DNA of 64,000 bases from Alphaproteobacteria bacterium (GTDB lineage Bacteria > Pseudomonadota > Alphaproteobacteria > UBA828), in contig CAXXVO010000012.1 of NCBI GenBank assembly GCA_963422645.2, positions 235,873 through 299,872 on the forward strand, in the 5' to 3' direction. A model generated the notes under the pieces. It did no database searches. It was not told where the DNA came from and saw only the letters and a list, made by a program, of their open reading frames with translations. Of the stretch, positions 52,202-64,000 are shown piece after piece; the first letter of the stretch is position 1, and every line of letters starts with the position of its first letter. Both the position numbers and the translations under genes were made by a program.

Positions 52202-55064
52202 ATGACAACGGCGATTGCATTCAAACCGGGGGATCTGGTCCGGGCGCGCCAGCGCGAGTGGGTGGTTCTTCCGGAGACGCGCGACGACCTCCTGAAGCTC
52301 CGGCCGCTCGGCGGCGCGGAGGACGATGCGACCGTCATCTATCTCCCGCTCGAAACCGAGTCGCCCGTTCCCGCGACGTTCGATCTCCCCAACCCGGACT
52401 TGCCCGGCTCCCGGGAGGCGGCGCTGCTGCTGCGCGACGCGCTTCGCCTGAAACTCCGGGCCGGCGCCGGACCGTTTCGCAGCTTCGGCAACCTCAATGT
52501 CGAACCGCGCGCCTATCAGCTGGTGCCCCTGCTGATGGCCCTCAAGCTGGACACCGTCCGGTTGCTCGTCGCCGACGACGTCGGCATCGGCAAGACCATC
52601 GAGGCGGGTCTCATCGCGCGAGAATTGCTCGACCGCGGCGAGATCGAACGGTTCACCGTCATCTGTCCGCCGCATCTGTGCGAACAGTGGCAACAGGAGC
52701 TCGCGGAGAAGTTCGGCATCGACGCCGAGGTTGTCCGCACCGGCACGGCCACCCGCCTGGAACGGGGACTGCGGCCCGACGAATCGGTGTTCGAGGCCCA
52801 TCCGTTCACGGTGGTGTCCCTCGACTACATCAAGTCGGATCGGCGCCGCAGCGACTTTCTGCGCGCCTGTCCGGAGTTCGTCATCGTCGACGAGGCCCAC
52901 ACCTGCGTGCAGTCGAACACGAACACGCGCCACCAGCGTTACCGCCTGCTCAAGGGTCTCGCCGAAAGCGAGCCGCAGCGAAGCATGGTGTTCCTGACCG
53001 CCACCCCGCATTCGGGCGACGACACCGCCTTCCACAATCTGCTGGGCCTGCTGGAGCCGAAGTTTGCCGAACTGGCCGACACGCCCGAAGGCGATGCACG
53101 CCGACGCTTGCGCGACGAGCTCGCGCTGCAGTTCGTGCAGCGCCGGCGCGGCGACATCGCCGAATGGAAGGACGACACCGCCTTCCCCGTCCGCGAAAGC
53201 CGGGAAGCGACCTACCGGCTGACGGGCGACTGGGGCCGGCTCTTCGACGACGTGCTCGCCTATGCCAGGACCATGGTCCGGCGTGCGGAGAGCGGGACGA
53301 AGCTGCAGCAACGGATGTCCTGGTGGGCCGCGCTCGCGTTGTTGCGCTGCGTTTCCTCCAGCCCGGCGGCCGCCTCTCTGGCCCTGCGAACCCGACTCCA
53401 GGCCACCGAAGGCGAGACCGAACAGGCGCAGATCGCGAATCTGGATCGGGCGGCAGGCGAATCCGTGATGGACGAAACGGCCGACGACTCGCTCGGCCTC
53501 ACCGAGAGCGTGCCCGCCGGCACCGTCGAAAAGGCGGAGGATGCCGCGGCCCTGCGCGAACTCATCGAACGGGCGGATGCTCTGCGCGGCGCCCGGAACG
53601 ATCCCAAACTCAAGACCCTGGTCGAAGAGGTGAGACACCTTGTGCAGGACGGGTTCCGGCCGGTCGTGTTCTGCCGCTACATCGCCACCGCGCACTATGT
53701 CGGCGCTGAACTGAAAAAAAACCCTGACCGCCGGGAATACGCATGTCGCCGTGGTCACCGGAGAGCTCACCTCCGATCAGCGCGAAGAACGCGTCGAGGC
53801 GCTTGGGGACCTCGACGAACAAGTCGCGCCCGTGTTGGTGGCCACCGACTGTCTGTCCGAAGGCGTCAACCTTCAGAGCTGGTTCGACGCGGTGGTCCAC
53901 TACGACCTCACCTGGAATCCGACCCGCCATGAGCAACGCGAGGGCCGCGCGGATCGTTTCGGGCAAACCTCCCGGACCGTTCGCGCGCTGATGCTCTACG
54001 GCGAGAACAATCCCGTCGACGGCGCCGTGCTTCGCGTGATCCTCCGCAAGGCCGAGAAGATCAGGAAGGAGCTCGGCGTCTCCGTGCCCTTGCCGGCGGA
54101 CAACAACAAGGTCGTCGACGCCATCATGAGAGCCGTTCTCCTTCACGGCAGCGACCATTCCCACGCTACCCAGATGGCGCTGGATTTCGGGCAGGCCGAG
54201 ACCGAGGTGGACGATGCCTGGCAGACGGCCGGGAACAGGATGACACGCACGGTCTTCGCCCAGCGACGTCTGACGCCCGACGACGTGCTGCCCGAGTGGC
54301 GAAAGGCCGTATCCGTACTTGGCGGGCCCGACGATGTCGCCCGCTTCGTGCGCCTGTCCGCCGAACGCCTGGGGGCGCCGCTCGATGCGCGGGACGGCTA
54401 TTACCGATTGCCTGTGGCCCACTTCCCGAAACCGCTTCAGGACCGTCTCGACGCCATCGGGTTCACAGCATCCGCGAAAATCGCGTTCACGCGACCCGCG
54501 CCCGTGGGCGCGACCTGCATCCACCGCGCTCATCCGCTGGTCGCAGCACTTGCGGACTATGTGGCAGAACAAGCGCTCGACACCGACAGACCGGCGGTCG
54601 GCGCCCGCACCGGCGCCATCTTCACCAGGGACATTGGGAGCCGCACCGTGCTCTACCTGTTGCGCCTGCGCAGTCAACTCCAGGTGGAACGGCGAGGCCC
54701 GGACGGCCGGTATTCGCCGCTCAAATCGCTTCTGGCCGAGGAATGCCTCGGAATCGCCGTCCGAGGCGGCGCCACGCCCGAACTGTTGACCGAGGACGAT
54801 GCATTGTCGCTTCTCTCACTGGAACCAGGGCGCAATATGCCGGACGGGCAGAAGACCCGCCTCGTACGGCAGGCTCTCGAAGCGCTGCCGGACCTGGAAG
54901 ACACATTCGAGCGTGTGGCCCACGAGCAGGCCCGCCGGTTGCTCGCGGATCATCGCCGCGTCCGCGAGGCCAGCGACGCCAGGGGCCTGCGCTACAACGT
55001 CATCCCGGCCCTGCCGATCGACAAGATCGGAGTCTACGTCCTCATGCCCATGGCAAGTTTCTAG
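52202..55064 (+). CDS. SNF2-family helicase (DrmD-like); one frameshift at the A8 run near 53714-53721
   Basis: ADDVGIGKT, DEAH, TATPH in ORF 52202-53932; SEGVNLQ and EQREGRADRFGQ in ORF 53751-55064. Confidence 0.85.
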
Positions 55065-55066
55065 CC

Positions 55067-58000
55067 GTGGCGAGCGCGCGAAGAAGTCGAGGGTTCACGG
55101 CCCTGAAGATCGAAGGCGGTATCCTGCCGCCAGAGTTCCTTCAGGCTGTCGCCGCGCTCGATGCGCCCCGCCAGACAGGCGCCGACTATGGGCTGTCGAA
55201 ATCGCTCGCGGTCAAGGAAGAACTCGCCCGGTACTGGCGCATCGCCAGCGATCTCCACGGGCGCTATGCCGAGCGCCGCCCTCGCCAGGACCTCCGGGCG
55301 ACGCAGGTCGGCGTCGAGGATTGGCTCGTCCCTTTCCTGCGCTCGGTGCTTGGCTATGACGACCTGACCGCCGCGGACAGTGTCGTGCGGGAGGATCGCG
55401 TCTTCAGCTTGACGCACCGCGCCTGTGGCGGCGCCGTGCCTCTCCTGCTCGTGACCCATGAATTCGACCTCGACAGGGCCGATCCCCGTTTCGGGCACGA
55501 TGGCCGCCGGCAGGCGCCCCACGGCATGATGCAGGAGTATCTCAACGCCGAGGACGACGCGTTGTGGGGAATGGTTTCCAACGGCTCGAAACTTCGCATC
55601 CTGCGGGACAATCCGAGCCTGACACGGCCCTCCTGCATCGAGGCCGACCTCGACCTCGTCTTTGCGGAGGAGCTTTACCCGGACTTTGCCGCGCTCTGGC
55701 TCGTCGCCCATGCCACCCGCCTCCGGCCCGCCGCCGACAAGCCGTCGAGCTGCATCATCGAATCCTGGCGGGCCAAGGCGCACGAAACCGGTGAGCGCGT
55801 CCGGGAGAATCTCCGCGACGGGGTCACCGATTCCCTGCGTCGGATCGGCAACGGTTTCCTGCAGCATCCATCGAACGTCAAACTGCGCGAAGCCCTCGAA
55901 GGCGGTGCGCTCACACCGGAGCGCTATTTCCAGCAACTCCTTCGCCTCGTGTACCGCCTGCTCTTTCTCTTCACGGCCGAGGAGCGCAATCTGCTTCATA
56001 CGCCAGAGGCTACGGACGAACAGCGCGCCGTGTTCGCGGACGGCTACGCCTTGTCCCGACTGCGCGAACGCGCCCTACGCCGCCGCCACTACGACCGGAA
56101 CCAGGATCTCTGGCGGGGTCTCCAGATCACCTTCCGGGCGCTCGCCGAGAGCGCTCCCGGCCTTGGCCTGCCCGCGCTTGGCGGTCTGTTCCGGGCCGAC
56201 CGGTGTCCCGACCTCGACGACGCGGGCATCGCCAACGAACACCTGCTCGAAGCCGTTCGCACCCTTGCCTTCTTCCGGTCGGATCGAAGCCTCGCCCGCA
56301 TCAATTACAGGGACATGGATACCGAGGAACTCGGCTCCGTCTACGAGAGCCTGCTGGAGCTTCGGCCCGTCATCGACGTGGACGCTTCGCCGTGGACATT
56401 CACCTTCACCGGCGACGGTAACGGAGAGCGAGCCAAGGGATCCGATCGCAAGCTGACCGGCTCCTATTACACGCCGCCCAGCCTCGTGAGCGAACTGGTC
56501 AAGTCGACCCTCGATCCGGTTGTCGCCGAGGCCATTGCTGCACGCCCGGAAGACCCGCGCGCCGCGATCCTCGCTCTGAGAATCGTCGACCCGGCCTGCG
56601 GTTCGGGGCATTTCCTGCTGGCGGCGGCACGCCGTCTCGCCGCCGAGATCGCCCGCATCGAATCGAGCGCCGACACGTCGGACGAAGCCACGCGACAGCA
56701 CGCACTGCGCGAGGTGGTCCAGCATTGCATCTACGGCGTAGACCGCAATCCGCTCGCCGTCGAGCTCTGCAAGACCGCGCTCTGGATGGAGACGATCGAG
56801 CCCGGCAAGCCGCTCACATTCCTCGACTCCCACATCCTTCGGGGAGACAGCCTGGTCGGCATTCTCGATCCCGAGATCATGGCGAGTGGCATTCCCGGTG
56901 CCGCCTACAAGCCATTGACTGGCGATAACAAGGCCGTGTGCCGGGATATCAAGAAGCGAAACCGGCAGCCGAAGCAGGAGGATCTGTTCGACCAGGACGC
57001 CGTGCTGGAAGTCGCCGTGGCAGGCATCGACCTCGACGCCATGCCCGAGGAAACGCTGGATGAGGTCGAGCACAAGCGCGCCGCTTGGAAAGCCGCGTTG
57101 CGCGACGACACCCGGACCCGTGAAGCTCTGCGCGCCAATCTCTTCTCGGGAGCGTACTTCGCACCGAAGACGCACGATACGCTGCAGATCGTGCCCCAGA
57201 CCCAGGACCTCCAACGGCTGGGAAGCGATGTGCCTCGACGCCGCGGCGTCGAGGCCCTCGTGCGGATGCTGGCGGGCACGCACGATTTCTTTCACTGGCA
57301 TCTGGCATTCGCCGAGATCATGCAGGCCGGCGGTTTCGATGCCGTTCTCGGCAACCCGCCCTGGGAAGTCTCTCAACTCAATGAAGAAGAGTACTTCGCC
57401 ATCAAGGCCCCAAGTATCGCTAGCTTGTCCGGTGCATCGCGAAAACGTGCGATTGCTCAACTCGAAAATTCTGATCCACAGCTCTGGTCCGAGTATCAAA
57501 GCGCAAGCCATGGTTTCAATGCGCGAAACGGTTTCTGTCGGGGCAGCGGTCGCTACTCACTGAGCACTTATGGAAAGCTCAACAGCTATGCTCTCTTTGC
57601 AGAAACATTCATGCAGCTCATCAGTCCGCGAGGCCGTGCCGGCATGATCGTGCCAACCGGTATTGCCACGGACCACTCCACCAAGGCGTTCTTCGAGCAC
57701 ATCGTTACCCGGCAGAGGCTCGTCAGCCTGTTCGACTTCGAGAACCGGGAGAAGGTGTTTCCGGGGATAGACAGCCGGATCAAGTTCAGTCTTCTCACAC
57801 TGAGTGGCAAGGACAACCCGGTTCCCGAAGCTGAGTTCGCATTCTTCCTGCACCAGGGCGGAGCAGTTGAAGGAAGCCGAGCGACGTTTCACGCTGTCCA
57901 CGGACGACTTCTTGCTGTTCAACCCCAACACGAGGACATGCCCGATATTCCGTACCCGGCGCGACATGGAGATTGCGCGCAAGATGTACCGGCGTGCTGG

Positions 58001-59321
58001 TGTCCTGTGGAAGGAAGCAAGAACCGGTGAGGCTGAAGAGAATCCTTGGGGAATCAGCTTCATGCAGATGTTCAACATGACGAGCGACTCCGGGCTTTTC
58101 CTGCACGCGTGCCGAACTGACCGACGATGGGTGGGAACTCGACGATAATGTGTTCGTGCGTGGCGACGAACGCTATCTGCCGTTGTACGAGGCAAAGCTG
58201 TTCCATCAGTATGACCACAGATTCGCCACGTTCGAGGGCGTCTCCGGCAGAGATATCAGGAACGGCAATGCCCGACCGATGTCGGCAGGTGAAAAAATCC
58301 GATCCCCGCACGGTCGCCGTTCCGCGATACTGGGTCCCGGAAATGGAAGTCGCGGAAAGACTTGACATAGACAGAGAGACCGCACAATTGTTAGCCGAGC
58401 CGAGCCGAGCCGAGCCGAGCCGAGCCGAGCCGAGCCGTATTCGACACTCTTACGGAGCTGGCTCGCAACTCGGTCTCAGGAAGATCACCCGCGCGACCGA
58501 CGAGAGAACAGGAATCTTCGCTATGATCCCAGCTGTGGGATTGAGCGATTCCGGAACAACGATAATCGTTGGATCGTCGTATTCAGGGACATTTCGAGCC
58601 CAACGAATCAGCGAACAGCAATTTACACGATCATACGAGGCACAGCCGTGAGCAATAAGGCACCCGTTCTGGATATTGACTACGGGACTTGGCTTCAGGC
58701 TTTCCGAGGAATTACCAACTCGACAAACGAACGGACTGTCCTCACAGACAATGTGCCGAGAAGCGGTGTAGGAAATAGTGCTCCTGTCATCGATTACGAG
58801 AACGCACGGGTTGTGGCTTCGACCCTGGTCCTCTCCAACATGAACAGCCTTCCTCTTGACTGGGCAGCCCGCTTCTCCGTGGGAGGCGTCAATATGAATT
58901 TCTTTATTGTCAAGCAACTGCCTGTTCTGCCGCCGGCGGCATATCTAAAGAACAGCACATGCGGACGTCCGTGGGTTCAGTTGATCGTTCCGCGTGTCCT
59001 GGAATTGACCTATACATCTGAGGAAATGGCCGGCTTTGCAAGTGGTATCGGTTATCACGGCCCGCCCTTTCCCTGGAACGAGGAGCGCCGTCATTTTCCT
59101 CCAGGTCGGAACTTGACGCGATCTTCGCCCATATGTACGGACTCAGTCGCCTTGAACTGGAATGGATCTTGGATGCACCCGCGCCGAGCTCGTCCTTCCC
59201 ATCCTTGAAATTAAGCGAAACCAGAGAGTTCGGTGAGTATCGTACACAGCGTCATGTGCTCCAGGCTTTCCACTCACTCGAGCGTGGAAAAGATCTAAAT
59301 CTTTCCGGAGACACCGTGTAG
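55067..59321 (+). CDS. Eco57I/type IIG-like adenine methyltransferase (DrmMI-like) with several frameshifts in the 3' part
   Basis: ELGSVYESLL, GSYYTP, DPACGSGHFL, GNPPW; C-terminal pieces NPNTRTCPIFR, YLPLYEAK, PRYWV, KQLPVLPP, YGLSRLELEWILD are spread over different frames. Confidence 0.82.
58393..58437 (+). repeat. Simple sequence repeat (AGCCG)9 within the methyltransferase
   Basis: Nine perfect pentamer units counted directly. Confidence 0.97.
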
Positions 59322-59453
59322 AGACATCCGCCGGAACCGTGCTGAAGGGATTGATCTCGATGTAGGCACCATTGATATAAAGACGATAGCGCAACTCTTT
59401 ATCATCATGATCTCGCAGACTCTGCGAAGACAACCTGTCGAGTCCGCGCAATG

Positions 59454-60221
59454 TCAATGCTTGGAGAATCTCGGTTGGCCGGTATCGTCTTCAGCCTTCA
59501 ATCCTTTGATATAATGACGGATACGCCTCATCAATGGCACCGGGACAGAAAACTGCCCGGCCTCGTGCCTTTCGAGGCAATAGCCCAAAATCGTATGCAG
59601 ATCGTGACGCAGGGTATCCGGCGTGTGGTGCCGATGAAGATCGCGCAATAGCGAGCCGTGGCATTTTCGAACCTTGCGCCGCGGCCGCACGGGCAGTCGT
59701 GATGGCCACGGTATCCATGCTCATATAGAAAGAGGATGACAGCCAGTGCCGCAACCTCGTCATCCAGATTCAACGTGTCGACATAGTATCGGACGATGCC
59801 TTCCGCACCATGCCTCTGCTCGCCAAAAGGATGCTCACCGTCCTTTTGCCAGTGGCCAATAACCGTAGAAATAGGGAATGACGAGGTTGTTCACGAACCC
59901 CAACAAGGAAGGCTGTCGAGAGAATATCAGACGCTCCTCGATCGGAACGGCCAAGCAGAGCGTCCCATCCGTATAGATATGCTCGTAGCTACCGTCGATT
60001 TTTCCTCCCGTTTCCTGGACGCGCGGCAAGCTGCCCGGATACTGGCCGGGGATCAACAGTTCGATCTCGAAGCTGGTCTTTATCGAAGCATGTCCGTCAG
60101 CCGACGCCTCGAACGGCAACGGCCCGGACAGGACAGTCTCCTGTTCCGTCTCCGCAACCAGTGCCAACTCCTTGTGACTCTCCCGCAGTTCCGCGATCTG
60201 AGCGGCCAGCTCCTGCTTCAT
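59454..60221 (-). CDS. E2 (ubiquitin-conjugating-like) protein with SEC-C-type motif, CBASS accessory; frameshifted
   Basis: YPGSLPRVQETGG, HIYTDGTLCL; PFGE..HG..G, CPCG and RKCHG in other frames. Confidence 0.72.
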
Positions 60222-61420
60222 TCACCTCTTCCATGGCTTCGCAGACCTTGAGATGTGTACTTTCGGCGGAGAGGTGACGGCAGCCTCGGCAGATGTGGTC
60301 AGGCCAAGGTGGCCCGATACCACAGAGGCGCCGAGCGCTCCGGCGAGACGTTCGCGAACCGTCCCCGCACGGCTCTCATCCAGGATGCTGACGAGATCGC
60401 CCTTGAGCTTGGCTACCCATGAGAAGAAGGCCTTCGCCCGTGCGTGATCGTCCTCGTGCCAGCGGTCGGCGAAGTTCTCCTCGGGATTGACCGGGTTGGC
60501 GATGTACCACCGACCACCCGACGTTCGCTGAATCAGATTCAGAGAGGCAAGGGTCCGGTCGACCAGCCCGTTGTCGACAAGCACGGCGTGTCCGTGGAGC
60601 GTGGAGACGATTTCGGTCAACGCGGAATAGACATCCGCTTCGCCTTGATAAAGCCTCACCGCCAATGTCGTGACGATCATCGATATCGGCCGATAGTCGT
60701 GACGTCTTGAATGGTTGAACATCATGTCCCGATGACGCTTCATGATCTGGATCGAGCGCTGGAGAGGCGTGCGCACAAGCTGATCGGGAACTTCGTCGAC
60801 CGACGCATAGACCATGGATGCGCGCGCCTGAATGGACCGCTTCTGCTCCATCAGCACCCGTTCCAGCGCCGCCCGATTTCGGCCATCGAACCAATCGCCA
60901 TAGCCTTCGGGTTGCTCGCCGACCATTCGTAGATAGCACCCCGCTTGTTCGTGATCGCAATGGAGTTGTCCCCCATACTGCGAGGGTCTGGAACCGACGG
61001 CAGGACGTCAAGATGAAGCCGATGCCGTCCTGTTCCGTATATTCTAGCGTCCAGGAGCGCTTCCCTTCTCGGTCAAGAAGCTTGCGATACCGGTGATGCT
61101 CGGCGAAGGCGATCGCCTACCGCGTCTTTATCGAGCAGGCATCGATCTGATGTTTGGGAATCGGCAGTTCGCAGACCAAATCGATGTCGTAGTCGGCCTC
61201 GACACCGCCTCTTATCGGCCTCACAAACGGTTCCCAGGCGGAAGGAACCTTGAGGGTAGATGCCCGGCTCACCCGTACATCCCGAGTATGTACCGCCTTC
61301 CAGCCACTCTCCGACGGACCGATAGCGGTTTACGGCATCCTGATATTTGCTTGGCGGAATATCGATATCTTCCGCGACCTTCTCCAGGAATCGGGAGTAC
61401 TTTCCCTTGTCAATTGGCAT
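60222..61420 (-). CDS. CBASS cGAS/DncV-like nucleotidyltransferase (CD-NTase); frameshifted
   Basis: YPQGSFRLGT, DYDIDLVCEL, LDVLPS, P.GY..WF, RTPLQRSIQIMKRHRD, PISMIVTTL, NPVNPEENFADRW, KPW end. Confidence 0.85.
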
Positions 61421-62434
61421 GGCGCTCCTCGTCAAGTTGGTAAACCGGCACGAACACCTCCGCCGGACGGTCGAAGAACACGGGTTCGAGAGCCGGTAAC
61501 CGGCCCCGGCCCATGGTGTGTCCGAGACCCTTGAGGTCTTGGATGGTCCGCGTGTCGTCCATCCTGTAGGCGTTGTGCGGGACCGTGTGGTCGATCCGGT
61601 GTATGGCGGTATGATCGTGCTCGTGGCCGGTGAGCAGCTTGGCCATGCCCATCGCGCCGTGCGACTGGCCGTCCATGAAGAGCTTGATTGCCTTCAAGCC
61701 GAGGGTTCCGATCCCGACCCGTTTCGGGACCGTGTAGGTTTCCTCTAGACAGCCTAGGCTCAGGATGTGCAGGGACTCCGAGGCCATCCCAACATTGCGA
61801 CCGCCTCTACCGCCGCAACGGCGATTGGGTTGTTGGCCCAGACACCGCCGTCGAGAAGGCCGACCTCGTGCCGAGTGATATGGTGCCGGAAATAGGTGGG
61901 TGCGGCGGATGTCGCGAGGGCGGCGTCGACTGCGCTCGATCGGTAGTCCGTCCTGAGTCGTGGATGATGCGCTGTCTTGTAGATGTAGACGGACCGAGCC
62001 ACCGGGTTCCAAGCAGGGATCACCAACCGGGTTTTGGCTTCGCCGAGACGTGCATCGCCAAGTATCTCGTGAAGAGCCGTGCGAAGGGCGTCGGAGTCGT
62101 GCTTGTTCCGGTAGAGCCAGCGGAAACCGCGCAATGCCCGGAAAATCGGATTGGCCAGTGCGCCGCGCTTCTCGCCGAATACCTCAGGGCCGTGTTCTTC
62201 GTAGAAGTCCAGTATCTCCGACGCCCGATGGCCGAGAGACAGGGCGATCGCGATAATGCCGCCCGTCGATGTTCCGGCAATCAGATCGAAGTACAACGAG
62301 ATCGGGCTGTCGAGATGCTGCTCCACTTCAGCAAGAAAGGCTGTCGGGAACGCGCCGAGGATGCCGCCGCCATCAATGCAGAGGATGCGGTGTTTCGGCT
62401 GTTCAGCCTCTTCGTTTGTTGCCGGCAACGGCAT
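61410..62434 (-). CDS. Patatin-like phospholipase, CBASS effector (CapV-like); frameshift near 61780
   Basis: ILCIDGGG, AGTSTGG, ATSAAPTYF, DGGVWANNP, ILSLG. Confidence 0.88.
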
Positions 62435-62687
62435 TGTCTCCTTCCCATCTCCGTCCAATCGACGCGGCGCCATTGGCAAGCCCGATTCAACGCCGCACGG
62501 CTTGGTACGGCACCCCATGGTTTTCTCCTCGACGGAACCTGCCCCTCCTTGGCCAAAGCACCCCATCGGCGCGGTATGTTTTCCGCAAACCCGAGAAATC
62601 CCCGACCGAACTCTGCATGTTGGGGCCTCGGCCCGATTTCGACACCAGATCATGTAAGTTCGATTTTCGCTCTTTCAAGGGGGTATA

Positions 62688-62716
62688 TTGACATTATATG
62701 TTCGATCATGCAAGAT
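62688..62716 (+). promoter_or_regulatory. Sigma70-like promoter candidate in the divergent CBASS/XRE intergenic region
   Basis: TTGACA-N17-CAAGAT, about 30 bp before the XRE start. Confidence 0.4.
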
Positions 62717-62747
62717 GCCACGGATGGCAGCGGGAGGAGATCGAACG

Positions 62748-63978
62748 ATGGAGGCAGACGAGCTCGGACGCAGATTGCGGATGGCGCGCGAGGATCGAGG
62801 TCTCAGTCAACAGGCGGTAGCCGACGCATTGGGCTTGCCACGGACCGCTGTTACGCAATTGGAGGCGGGCAAGCGCTCTGTGTCGACTCTCGAGCTATCG
62901 AGGTTTTCGGAGCTTTACCTCTGCCCCGTCGCGGACTTCCTGCAGGAAGGCGTACGAGACGAGGATGTGTTGGTGCACTGTACCGTGTCGCGCCGGGATT
63001 GGAACAGGACCCTTCCACGCATGAGCAGGTTGCCCGCTGCGTCAGTCTGTGCCGTGAGGGGCGTGAGGCTGGAGAATCTGCTTGGCGCCAATCCCCGGTC
63101 TGGCCCGCCGAGCTATGAGATGCGTGTGCCGCGCTCTTCGGGAGAGGCCGTGGCGCAAGGAGAACAGACCGCTGAACAGGAGCGGCGCCGACTTGGCATC
63201 GGCACCGCACCAAATCGCGGATGTCTCCGAATTGATTGCATCCCAGGACATCTGGGCCTCAGGCGTCGAGCTTCCGAACGGAATGTCGGGTCTGTTTTGC
63301 GACACCCAAGCATCGGATCGGCCATTCTCGTGAACTCATCGCATCCGAGAGGCCGAAAGCGATTCTCCTATGCGCACGAGTATGCCCATGCCCTGCTCGA
63401 CCGGGATCGGAACGTCACGGTTTCCAGTACCGATAACTCGTCCGAAATGGTGGAACGGCGTGCGAACGCGTTCGCCGCTGCCGTCCTCATGCCGAGGAAC
63501 GGTATCTATGAGGCATTGCGAAGCCTCGACAAAGGCTCCCGAGCCGGCAGGAGCAGACCGTCTTCGATGCCGCAAGCGGTGGCCACATCGAGGCGAAACT
63601 TCGTTCTCCGGCGGGTTCGCAACGCATTACCTGCAATGACATCGCCATGCTCGCACATCATTTTGGCGTGAGCTACCAGCCGCCCTCTATCGCCTGAAGA
63701 GCCTTCGGTACATCTCCCATCCGGAATCCCGGGAGCTTCTGGAACAGGAGGATTTCGGACGGGAATACCTGAAGGCCCTCGACATGTTCAGCGATGTCGG
63801 CGAACGCGAACAGCGTCGGTACTGGGACCGCGAACTCCGCGGCGAGATCGCTCATCTCGCCATCGAAGCATACCGCCGCGACGAGATTTCGCGCGGCCGC
63901 ATCCTGGAACTCAGCCGGACGCTCGGCATCGACGGCGATATTCTGCTTCGTCTGGCCGAAGCGACGCGCCGGGAGTGA
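62748..63978 (+). CDS. XRE-family HTH fused to ImmA/IrrE Zn-metallopeptidase; frameshifted
   Basis: LGRRLRMARE..GLSQQAVA...QLEAGKR HTH; RFSYAHEYAH, ERRANAFAA, AYRRDEISRGR. Confidence 0.85.
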
Positions 63979-64000
63979 TTCGTCTCGTGACGGAAGGTCG

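Noticed and set aside
58393-58437. CRISPR array
   Set aside because: Pentamer microsatellite with no spacers and no cas genes; no CRISPR array was seen anywhere in the window

Overview
GC-rich bacterial DNA, probably alphaproteobacterial (short-type proS followed by lolC/E and lolD). Positions 1-11.7 kb are ordinary chromosomal genes. From about 12.1 kb to the end is a mosaic of apparently nested mobile elements carrying many defence genes. (A) A decayed conjugative element starts inside a vapC toxin gene and carries a CI-like repressor, a Cro/coupling-protein deletion fusion and a MOB-F relaxase. (B) A tandem tyrosine-integrase element begins inside that relaxase gene. Its leader is split by an IS66-like element with 134-bp terminal inverted repeats. 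Downstream lie a DUF499/DUF1156/PLD-SNF2 restriction-like operon with an inserted three-gene MBL module, and a HEPN-motif/2OG-dioxygenase gene pair. (C) A second tandem-integrase element begins at the LDTNV codons of another vapC and is cut by an IS21. After it come a MOB-F-like oriT, an AbiE toxin-antitoxin pair, a DISARM-related helicase/SNF2/methylase trio, an E2-type CBASS and an XRE-ImmA regulator. The most striking observations are: (1) the three element junctions share a 20-bp arm-like motif and fall in conserved protein-motif codons, one apparently rebuilding the vapC N-terminus; (2) an (AGCCG)9 repeat sits directly before three tandem diverged target-recognition cassettes in the methylase; (3) several uncharacterised candidate defence modules. 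Frameshifts are frequent after 53.7 kb and are probably assembly errors. All family names come from motif recognition by eye, not from database searches.
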